Below, piece by piece: positions 29,607 through 39,275 of a stretch of DNA of 64,000 bases. Below the pieces are notes generated by a model. It worked only from the letters and a program-made list of their open reading frames with translations. It had not been told where the DNA came from and did not search any database. The stretch comes from Pelagomonas calceolata (lineage: Eukaryota). Location: contig CAKKNE010000001.1 in assembly GCA_918797485.1 (NCBI GenBank), forward strand, positions 5,828,001 through 5,892,000. The letters run 5' to 3'. Numbering within the stretch: the stretch's first letter is position 1; the number at the start of each line of letters is the position of its first letter. Made by a program: the position numbers and the translations under genes.

Positions 29607-30194
29607 TTTTGCTAGCTTGTGTGTCGGGGTCGAGAGGTTTCGGCCCGCGGCTCTTTTTTTACCGCTTCCTCGCGAGGCGCCTTTGCGATGCAAGCAGTGG
29701 CTGGGCTGCGGCTACGTCTCTACGGAGTCACAGAATTATATATAGCCCCGCTGCTTTCGTAAACAGCTTTGATGCACAGCTGTGCCTTTATGGTCTTATC
29801 TCTGCCGGCACGGCAAATAGGCTGGAGGCAATTTGTGCGTTATCGTAGGCAGGCTGTAGCCTCCCGATAAGCTTACTTGCACGGTTCAGCACTAGGTGAC
29901 GGCGCTGAACAGAGAGGCTGGGTCTAATAACATGCCTGGGAGCTCTAATTTTGAGCATGCGTCGGACCCTTCGACCGCGGATGCTTGGGTGTTGTATTCG
30001 TGCGAGAGCAGTTGACAGAACTGCTGAGGGAGGAACACGGCCAAGCGTACGGGTTTCGCGCGATCCCAGCCTGTCACTTAGATCCGCGGCTCTGATCGCT
30101 GCAGCGTACTTATTGCTACAAAGGAGGCGTTCTAGGAGCACTATTTGCAGCGCGCCACTGCCCGGCGGAATCTCGCACCAGCTCGCCCAGCACA

Positions 30195-32245
30195 ATGTCA
30201 TCTCTCTGGCTCCGCAAGCTCGCATTGGCTGGCGCCACGCTGGCGCCAACATCACTGGCCTTCAGCCACTACACGCAGAAGCCCACGCAAAAGTCGACGG
30301 CGCTGCGCGCGGCGCCGCTGAAGCAGTGCGTCGGCGGCACGTGGGTGGCCTCTTCAGGAGCGGGCACCATCGACGTCGAGGACCCGACGACGGGCGCGCT
30401 CATCGGTCGCGTGCCGGAGGGCACGGAGGCCGACGCCCACGCCGCGCTCCTCGCGGCGAAGCAGGCGCAGCCGGCCTGGGCCAAGACCGCCCCGGCCGCG
30501 CGGGGCGAAGCCCTGAAGGCCATGGCCCGCGTCATCCGGGCGAACCGCGTCGAGCTCGCCGAGCTCCTCGCCTCGGAGCAGGCCAAGGTCGCGGGCCTGG
30601 CCCAGGTCGAGATAGATTTTACGGCGGTATGATACGGCGTCCTGCGAGGGGGGTCGACTCACGATGGGCGCGACGATGGCGTGACGGTGGGACCGACACC
30701 ACCTCCGCCATCGTGAGCCATCGTGACGGTTCCGTCCCGCGCAGGAATACTTCGACTACTACGCGGGCTGGGCGCGCATCTACGAGGCCGGCGAGATCAT
30801 CTCGAGCGACGTCTCGGTCCGTGCGGAAATCAACATTCACAGCACCCTCGCGTCGACCCCTACGCCATCGACGCGACGTCTGCTCGATGGCGTGACGGTG
30901 CTGGTCCCTCACGCGCGTCGTCGCCGAATGCACCCAACTCACTGGTTGATTTTAACAGGACCCCAACGAGCACATCTACCTGCACAAGATCCCGCTCGGC
31001 GTCTCGGTAGGTATATGTCCTTGGAATTTCCCAGTGTTTGTGATGGCGCGGAAGCTCGCACCGGCGCTCGTCACTGGGAACACTTGCGTCGTCAAGACGA
31101 GTGAGGTCACGCCTTTAACTTGTGCCCGGATTACTGAGTTGTGGACCGAATCCGACGACGCGGCGCTGCCGCCGAAGGGCACTTATTCTGTCATCACGGG
31201 TCTCGGCTCGACGGTTGGCGCGGCGCTCGTGTCCTCGCCGCTCGTGGACATCGTCTCGGTCCGTGCGGAAATCAAAATTGCATTTGTCATTTCCTGAATC
31301 ATTCGTCGACCCGCGACTCACTGGTTGATTTGCACACAGGTCTCGATGACGGGCTCCGTGGCCACCGGAAAATCAATCATGAAGTCAGCGGCAGAGCACA
31401 TGACCAAAGTGAGCCTCGAGCTCGGCGGCAAGGCGCCGGCGATCGTGTGTGCTGATGCCGACTTGGACCTCGCCGTCAAGGGAGTTCTCGCGTCGCGCAT
31501 CTGCTTCAGCGGCCAGGTTTGTAATTGCTGTGAGCGGGTTTATGTCCACGAGTCGGTGAAGGAGGCTTTCCTCCAGAAATTGGTGGCGGCGATGGAGGGT
31601 ACGTCTCAGTGTCCGATGACTTGCTCACGGCGTATTCACATAGGCGTCAAGGTCGGCGCGCCCGCCGACGACGGTGTCGATTGCTGTGGGTTGGTATCGT
31701 CCGCACAGTTCGACAAAGTGAAAGGAATGTTAGACCGTGCGGTGGCGGCCGGTGCGAAGGTCGAGTGCGGCGGAACTCCTCTCACGAACGTCGGCTATGG
31801 GTTCGCGCCCACGGTCCTGACGAACGTGAAGCAGAGCGACGAGATCGTGCAAGAGGAGGTGTGTTTCTGAGCGGGAACAATGTGTCTTCGTGTTTACTTT
31901 AGTGGCGGCGGCTTCGTGACGGTTCATTTAACACAGGTCTTCGGGCCCGTCCTGCCCGTGCTCACGTTCAAGACGATGGACGAAGCATTCCAGCTCGCCT
32001 GCGACACGAAGTTCGGGCTCACGTCGTCGATCTACACGACGAACGTGGACATCGCCGAGCGGGCCAAGAATGAGCTGCGCTTCGGCGAGACGTACGTGAA
32101 CCGCGAGAACTTCGAGGCGATCCAGGGCTTCCACGCTGGGATGCGCCAGTCGGGAATTGGCGGCGCCGACGGCAAGCACGGGTTGGAGGAGTACCTCGCG
32201 TCCCACGTCGTGTACGTGAGGCGTGACCCGAGCGCGGGGAATTAG
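30195..32245 (+). CDS. NAD-dependent aldehyde dehydrogenase (AldA/lactaldehyde DH-like); exons 30195-30626, 30745-30810, 30959-31252, 31340-31598, 31644-31858, 31937-32245
   Basis: The spliced product (524 aa) has PWNFP, MTGS, LELGGKAP, GQVCNC, EEVFGP and SGIGGADGKHGL. All five introns are GT-AG and preserve the frame. Confidence 0.9.
30819..30958. mobile_element. Introner-derived element in ALDH intron 2 (no matching TSD)
   Basis: CCGTGCGGAAATCAA ... CACTGGTTGATTTTAACAG. The internal GCCATCGACGCG..CTGCTCGATGGCGT hairpin is shared with the element at 2591. Confidence 0.8.
31261..31339. mobile_element. Introner element in ALDH intron 3 (short, internally deleted)
   Basis: CCGTGCGGAAATCAA ... 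TTGATTTGCACACAG. TSD GTCTCGGT (31253-31260) / GTCTCGAT (31340-31347). Confidence 0.85.
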
Positions 32246-33332
32246 TTACGAAGGCCCCCCTTCAGGCGAAATTAACAGATCTCACTTAATAACCCCGACA
32301 ACTCTGGTCCCGCTCCGCATCGACGGCCTCGTAGTAGGAGGGGTTGTAGACGGGCTCGGCTTGGCTGGTCCCTCCACTTCATGGGCTTCGCGGCGACGCG
32401 GCCTCCAGATGCGGCTTCCCTCATGCGGTACATTAGCGAATTTCCGGCGGCTACGCCATGTTAGGCGTCCCGGCGGTATGCGAAAGCATGGGATTGATGC
32501 CGCCGCGCGTACGTCGCGTCCACTAAAAAACAAAACAGGGCAGGCCAAGCGCAGCGCAGCGCAAAGCGTTGCACGACACGCCTGCCGGCGGGGCAGCCGC
32601 GTGGCGTGCACAATGGCGCAACGGCGCCTCGACGCCATCGCCGCAGCGCCGCGGGCGCGGGCGTGCCTAGTCCTGGCGTGCTGTCTCATCAGATGCTGCC
32701 CCATGGGCTCCCGCTGGAGCTCCAGCGGAAGAGCCGCGCGCTGGGGTCACGATAGACAGCGCAGCCACCGCGCGCGGTGGGCCACGACGTCGCGGGCTTT
32801 CGCCGGGCGCAGACGTTGGACGCGGCTCGTCGACGCGCACATCGATAGCACGCCGCCGCGGCTTGACTCTGACAACCAGGCCGCAGTTGATGTATTTTAT
32901 TGTGATGTTGTTTCCGTAAATGCCGTTCTCGCCGAATTTCGCTCGTCTTGCTCGAAAACTCGAAAAACCCGACACAAAAGACCTGAACCATTCCCTGTCA
33001 ACAAGAACACAGCGCGCAAGCCACACGGGCCGCAGCTGCGTCTGCTGAGGCAACGATACATCTGTTCGGATACCTGGCGAAATCGTGAGCGAGTACTACG
33101 GGCCGAGGGCGCCTGTAGCTGCAGCTTACAGCACATTTGCCCCTGGTGTCCCAGCGCTCTAGCGCGGGCTCACGCGGCTCACGCGCGCCGCGCTCCAGCT
33201 GAAAGAAGCGCCCCGACGCCCCGGTGCTGCGCCGGCGCCGCTGCGTCAATTCGTGTCACACCTGTCGAGACGCCGCCGCTCGACCGCCGCTGCGCCGCTG
33301 CCGCTCACGAAGCAAGCCGACGCGTCGCCGCA

Positions 33333-35867
33333 ATGCCGCCAAAAAAGAAGCAGAAGACGCTAACCAAGAAGGAGATACGCATACGCGACAACCGGTGGAA
33401 GGCTTACGGAGACGCGATTAAAGATGCGCAGGGCGGCGTCGCGTCGCCGATGCCGACTGACCCGAAGGACCTGACCCTGTGGGACTGGTCGAACGCCCCC
33501 GAGCTCTTTGATGGCACGCAGCTGTCGCTCGAGGAGTTGGGGACCCAAGTCGTCTTCCTAGAAGCCGGCGGCAAGGGTGGGGACAGCGCGCGGCGACAAT
33601 TGCACGGCTACATGAGGGAGAAGATCGTGGCCGCCGAGGCGGCGCCGGCCGAAGCCGCGCGAGAAGCCGAGCGGACGGCCGAGATCGCGACGCTCAAGGA
33701 GGAGGGCCTGTGGCTCGGCGACAGCGACTTCGAGGCCCAGATCGCGGCGCGCTACGACCCCGCGACGAATACTTATTTAATGTCGTGTGAAGAGTTCTAC
33801 CGGCGGGGCGGCGACAAAGCGGCGTATAATGAGGCGAAGCGCCGCAAGGACGAGCGGACGGTCAAGAAGGCCGAGGACGACGGCAAGCGGCGCGTGTCGG
33901 AGCGCAAAGTCACTACGCCCGACTGGCTGCGGCCGGGCGAGAAGGACAACGAAGGCAAGGCGCCCTGGGGCCACAGGGAGTGCAACCACTACTGGCGCGA
34001 CAAAGACGCGGACAGCGCGACCGCAATCGCCTGCGTCGAGGAGGCGATGGGCAAGAGGAAGCTAGAGGACCTCGGCGTCGCCGTCGCCGACGAAATGCTG
34101 AAGACGGAGGCGTCGAACGAGACGTGGCAGCGCGGCGAGCAGGATAGTGTTAGCCGCTGCCTGACGAACGCCGCCCGGACGTTTCAGCTGCGCACCTGGC
34201 TCGCTAAACTCGCGTCCGAGCGCCACTGGCGGCGGCTCGCGGCGCGGCGCCTCGCCTCGCGGCGCTGCGTCTTGGTGCTCGGCGACGTGACGAACGACGA
34301 CTCGCTCCCGGAACGGGCGCTGCTCTGCGACGCCGCGCTGGGCGACGACGTTTCTTTATTACACGCTTCTGTCGTGGCGGGCGGCGACGACACGCGGATG
34401 GAGGATGTGTCGCCGCCGAGAAGCCTACTCGCTGCTTCATTAGTGGCGGCCGGTTCGGACGTTGATAGCTCTGGCGGTGCTGATAGAGACGACATTAGCG
34501 GAACGGCGCGCGGTCTGAGGACTTTAGATGGCGCGTCTTCGATTGCTGCAGATGTGGCGGAGCCAAGTCTGGATCCAAGGGAGCCGGGCTTCATCTCGCA
34601 AGTGGTGCGCGACGCCGAGGCGACGCCTCGTATGCCGGACGCTGCGGCGGCGCTGGACGCGCTGTCACGGTCCCATACCCCTACGGGTCGCCTCGGGGAG
34701 ATCCTTGAGAAATTTGAACTCATGCGATACGACCCTACGAGCGACGAGTGCGTGGGCGGCCCTGCTTATGAAAGGATGCGGGCGGCGGACGCTCGGAAGC
34801 GGAAGAAGACGCGTACTGGCGGGGGTGTCTGTGAGTTCTACATCTTCAAGGTCCTTTTACTGGCGCTCGCGAGGGCCTTCGTGGCGGGGCGCCTCAAGTT
34901 CGACAAGATGGCTTTGACGCTCTACTACTGCGTCTTCGGCCGCTACTTCTGGGCGGAGCTGTTCTGGACGGCGGGCTTCACGATGCTCGACGCGCTGCGC
35001 TTGGGTCTGCCTTTAGATTGGATTCCGATGGAGGTGCGAGTCGCGGACCTCCCGCTCCTGCCGCGCTGGGTCGAGCTCAACTTCCCGAACGGCATCACTA
35101 TCGCGTCGTCGGCCGTCCTCCTCGAGCTCTGCCAGGCGACGAACCAGGCGTTCTTCGACAAGGGCAAGAGCGCGCTCTACGTCGCCGCCCACGCCGCCTT
35201 CTTCGGCGGCAGCCACCAGCTCACGCTCGCGGCGCTCGCGGACGTCGGCGCCGGCTCGGCCGAGCTCGCGGCGCCGCGCGTCGCGGCGTGCGAGCTGGAG
35301 GTCGTCGCGTACGGCGGTGCGGCGTCCTCGGTCGTCTCGGGCGGCGTCTCGCTCGCCCTCGGCGGCTCGGACGTCCTCGCGGCGCCGACCCTCGCGACGG
35401 CGACGCCCGTGTTCGCATCGCGCGCGGACGCGCTCGCGGCGGCGGCGAAGCCGTTCGAGTTCGAGATCTCCTTCGCGAAGCCCGCGGCGCCGGAGGGGGC
35501 GCCGCGCTGGACCGAGTTCCACAAGATCGGCGACCTGATACCGGCGCTCGCGGCGCTTTCGCGCCACAATTCGTCGTGGGACCAACTCGCATCGTCGGAA
35601 GAGTCGTGGGTCCGCCAGTCGGACACCGTCCGCGTCATGGAGACGGCCGCGCAGCTCGTCTTCGCCGGGCTGGACATCGAGGACATCGCGGAGCCGATCT
35701 CGATCGTGAACGTGTTTAACCCGCACTACCAGTGCCAGCGCAACACGACCTACACGATCTGGGCGGGCGTCGACTTCGAGGTCAAGATGCCGGACGGGCG
35801 CATCCTCTCCAAGCGCGAGTTCCTGAAGGAGGTCATGAAGAAGCACGCGGCGGCGGCGGCCGCCTAG
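33333..35867 (+). CDS. Hypothetical protein, 844 aa, N-terminal NLS-like PPKKKQK
   Basis: Long ORF with coding-like codon usage from ATG 33333; no family recognised. Confidence 0.6.
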   Translation: MPPKKKQKTLTKKEIRIRDNRWKAYGDAIKDAQGGVASPMPTDPKDLTLWDWSNAPELFDGTQLSLEELGTQVVFLEAGGKGGDSARRQLHGYMREKIVAAEAAPAEAAREAERTAEIATLKEEGLWLGDSDFEAQIAARYDPATNTYLMSCEEFYRRGGDKAAYNEAKRRKDERTVKKAEDDGKRRVSERKVTTPDWLRPGEKDNEGKAPWGHRECNHYWRDKDADSATAIACVEEAMGKRKLEDLGVAVADEMLKTEASNETWQRGEQDSVSRCLTNAARTFQLRTWLAKLASERHWRRLAARRLASRRCVLVLGDVTNDDSLPERALLCDAALGDDVSLLHASVVAGGDDTRMEDVSPPRSLLAASLVAAGSDVDSSGGADRDDISGTARGLRTLDGASSIAADVAEPSLDPREPGFISQVVRDAEATPRMPDAAAALDALSRSHTPTGRLGEILEKFELMRYDPTSDECVGGPAYERMRAADARKRKKTRTGGGVCEFYIFKVLLLALARAFVAGRLKFDKMALTLYYCVFGRYFWAELFWTAGFTMLDALRLGLPLDWIPMEVRVADLPLLPRWVELNFPNGITIASSAVLLELCQATNQAFFDKGKSALYVAAHAAFFGGSHQLTLAALADVGAGSAELAAPRVAACELEVVAYGGAASSVVSGGVSLALGGSDVLAAPTLATATPVFASRADALAAAAKPFEFEISFAKPAAPEGAPRWTEFHKIGDLIPALAALSRHNSSWDQLASSEESWVRQSDTVRVMETAAQLVFAGLDIEDIAEPISIVNVFNPHYQCQRNTTYTIWAGVDFEVKMPDGRILSKREFLKEVMKKHAAAAAA

Positions 35868-36073
35868 GCACGTGCTATACTAAGTATCTACTAAGTACTG
35901 ACTCTCGACTAAACTAGCGTACAGAGGCGCTAGCATTACTTGCACCTGCAGCAGGCACGCATAGCTTATCCCCGCACTGCTGCTCCGCTGAGCTCGTTTA
36001 CGGCATTGTACGTGTGTCTGGATCAGTGCCGCACTGCTGCCCTCATTCCTGAACTGCGCGCAGTCGTACCGCC

Positions 36074-36703
36074 ATGGCCGACGCCCCCAGCTGGCAGCCC
36101 CTGCCGCCGCGGCGGCGCAAGCGCCAGAAGAGCGACCCGACACCTAGTGTGTCCGCCTTCGAGCAGAAAGCAAAAGCCAACGCCGAGGCCGTCGCGGCGA
36201 ACGTCGCGCAGCGAGCGGCGGCCAACGCCAGGGGACGACCCGAAGTAGCAGAAGCCACGAAGAAGGTCATGCATGGTGATTATGAGCATTTAGATCACAC
36301 TGCGGACGTCCAGTTCCACGCCTGGGGGGTAGATTTTGAGAAGGCATTGGAGGCATTAGGATGCTGCTTGTTCGATTACGTGACGGAAATTGTGTCTATA
36401 AACGAGACGGAAGAGGGCGCAAGAACCCATGAAATCGAGGGCGCGGACATGAAGAAGTTCATCTTTCGCTTCCTGGACGAGTTGTTGTACGCGTTTACTG
36501 GGGACGATATTGCGTGCCGGACGGTCTCCGTTAAAGTGCATCAGCGCGAACCAATCTTCAAGGCCACCGTCAGAACGACGGGCGAGAAATTTGATTTGGA
36601 GAAACATCCGCAAGGCACGGAGGTCAAAGCCATCACCTATTCGGCAATGCAGATCCACGAGAAGCCTGATCGGTGCGACCTGTACGTCATCGTGGACATC
36701 TAG
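36074..36703 (+). CDS. Archease (tRNA ligase activator)
   Basis: YEHLDHTADVQFHAWG...FLDELL...GTEVKAITYS.MQI...YVIVDI. Confidence 0.92.
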   Translation: MADAPSWQPLPPRRRKRQKSDPTPSVSAFEQKAKANAEAVAANVAQRAAANARGRPEVAEATKKVMHGDYEHLDHTADVQFHAWGVDFEKALEALGCCLFDYVTEIVSINETEEGARTHEIEGADMKKFIFRFLDELLYAFTGDDIACRTVSVKVHQREPIFKATVRTTGEKFDLEKHPQGTEVKAITYSAMQIHEKPDRCDLYVIVDI

Positions 36704-36975
36704 GTATCGGGCGTAAGGTTGTGTGTTTTGATCGCGTCGGCGGCGTGCCGTGCGGGTCCTGCTCCTCGTCCGCACGAGAGCGCACCACTGAAACAGTGCC
36801 CGCATCCCTCTATCGTTGCAGCGGCAGCGAAACAGCTCACGAGAAGCCCGCGGGCAGCCGTCGCTCGGGCTGCACGCACCCGTCGATCGCGGGGCAGCTG
36901 CCACAACGCCCCTAACAGCAACAAAGTAGCTGGTTGCAGCCAAGAAGGCAGCCCGAGCGTAGAAACTGAGCAGTC

Positions 36976-39271
36976 ATGGCGTCCATGGTGTCAGTAGTCC
37001 TCACGGAGGACCCCGAGGACCTGCGCAAGAAGCGGAAAGAACAGTGGTGGGGCGCCTACAATGATACGGAGTGGTACGTCATCGAACCGATGGCGTTCTG
37101 GAAAGCTGCCTTCGACGGCTGCACTGCTTTACTCTTACTCGTGCTGGCCTTCTACATCCCGTTCTCCATCGCGTTTCTGGACGTCGGGGACTTCATCTGG
37201 TTCGATTGGTATCAGTTAGTGTGGTTCTCGGTCGACATCATCCTGAGTTTTTGCTCGCCCTACGAGAACGAGGAGGGCTGGGTCACGAATCCCAAGTGGA
37301 TCGCGGCGGAGTACTTCCAGTGCTTCTTTTGGGTGGACACTATATCTACATTTCCCTTTGCGTTGGTGCTGGGGGCGTCGGGCGGCGCATCGCCGCTGAC
37401 GAAGCTGCTCAAGATGCCTCGTTTAATAAAAGCGCTGCGCGTGCTCAAGATGACGAAGCTGACGCGCGCCTACAAGCTCGACGAGGTCATCAGCTGTGCA
37501 TAATTCAACCAGTGAGTCGGGTCCATGCCGTCGAGCAGGTGTCGCGTCGATGGCGTGGAGGCCATGATCCAGCGGATGTGGAGACGCGCCCCGAGAATTT
37601 GATTTATGCACAGGTCATCAACCAGCTGGCGACACACCTCCATGTCCCTCCCAACGCGGCGACGCTGGTCATCCTGGGCACGCTCGGGCTCGTCGTGAAC
37701 CACGTCTTCGCGTGCATATGGTTCTATCTGGGCGCCGACGACTTCTCGGAGGAGTGCTCGACGGCGGACGTGCCGGCGCGCGCCTGCACCTGGATGCAGG
37801 TCCACGGGCTCCACCCGCACCGCACTGTGTGGAACTCACCTCCACGTCGCGTCGACCCACGCCTGAAATTTGATTTCCGCACAGGCACCGGGGGAATTGG
37901 TACCTCTACATTACGTGTTTGTACTGGTCGGTCATGACCCTCTCGACCGTCGGCTACGGCGACATCTCGCCCAACACGACCGAGGAGAAGATCTTCACCA
38001 TTGTTGTGATCTTCACCGGAGTGTCCGGTTACGCGATGCTCATCCAGGCGATCGGTACGGCGATGGCCGGCGATCCTAACAAGCTATCGCACACCAAGGC
38101 GATGCGGAACTACCTGTACGACTACGAAGTGCCGCCGGATTTGGCGAAGCGCATACTTCACTTTCTACGCCTAAGGGACAAAAAAATGCGCCAGGAGTAT
38201 ATCGAGCCTGAGGTAGATCTGTGTATCGAAACACTATCAAAACCGCTGCGACGGCGCCTCGTGCTCCACACGCGCAGGGACTTGGTCGAGCGAGTACCGT
38301 GGTTCTTGGGAAGGCCCATGAAGTTCGTCGCCGACGTGTGCCCTCTGCTCAAGTCGGTCGTCGCGTCCCCTCTGGAAGTTGTCGGCGCGACGGGCGTGTC
38401 TGCCTCGGCGCTGGTCTTTGTCGTGAAGGGCGACCTCGCGGCCTTTGAGCACGCTTCGAAGACGCCGAAATGTGCGACGCCGAACACCATCAAGCATGGC
38501 TTGAGTGACTTGGGCGGAGACATTGATAATGAGTTGCTCGCGTACGAAGCGGCGGATCGAGATAGGCGGTACACGTGGGGACCCGATTCGACGTTCGGCC
38601 TGCCGGGCTGCGTGCTGGATAAGACGTGGCGCCTCGACATCCTCGCGCTCGACGACTGCGAGATGCTGTCGTTCCCCAAGGACGAACTTCTTAAGTTGAT
38701 GGGCCAACACGACCACGCCGCGATCCTGCCCGAACTTGTGAGGGAGGCCGAGGAAAGTGTCGCCGAGCATCCAGCCCTGTTCAGCGATGCCGACGAAGCT
38801 GAACGACCAAGTTCACCGCCGCCACAACGGGATGCGACCGCCTCGCCGACTCCAGATGAGGTCAAAAGCAGCTACGCCTGCGACCGTTTGGTGGCTCGCC
38901 GCGCCGACGTGGCCGCGTTCCTCGCGCAGCACATATCACCGGCGTCGCTCTCGGCCGACGACGAGTCGGCAGCGCTCGTGCGTGACTTCGTCGAGGCGCA
39001 CACGGAGCGGCCTCCGGAGCGCGTGCCGACGACGACGGAGACTCGTCGGTCGCCGCGGCAGAGCCCGCCCGCGCGGCCGCCGCCTCCCGAGGAAAACGGC
39101 CCGGCAACGTTGTGGGACCCGTCCACGGGCCCACCACAGGCGCGGCCCGTCATCGTCGAGGACGCGTCGACGGGCCCGCGCGCGCGGTCTGTGGTCGTCG
39201 ACGACGCGCCGCCCCCCGACGACGACGATCCCGCGGAGATGCTCTGTGGGGCGCTCGTCGGGGGGGAGTAG
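36976..39271 (+). CDS. Cyclic-nucleotide-binding-domain K+ channel (KCNH/HCN/CNG-like); exons 36976-37485, 37614-37816, 37885-39271
   Basis: S4-like LLKMPRLIKALRVLK, pore YWSVMTLSTVGYGD, C-linker and CNBD. The frame is restored by two introner introns. Confidence 0.88.
37494..37613. mobile_element. Introner element (variant TIR)
   Basis: CTGTGCATAATTCAA ... TTGATTTATGCACAG. TSD GTCATCAG / GTCATCAA. Internal sequence resembles the reverse complement of the 2591 element. Confidence 0.88.
37825..37884. mobile_element. Short introner element
   Basis: CTGTGTGGAACTCA ... TGATTTCCGCACAG. TSD GCACCGCA / GCACCGGG (6/8). Confidence 0.8.
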
Positions 39272-39275
39272 ATAA

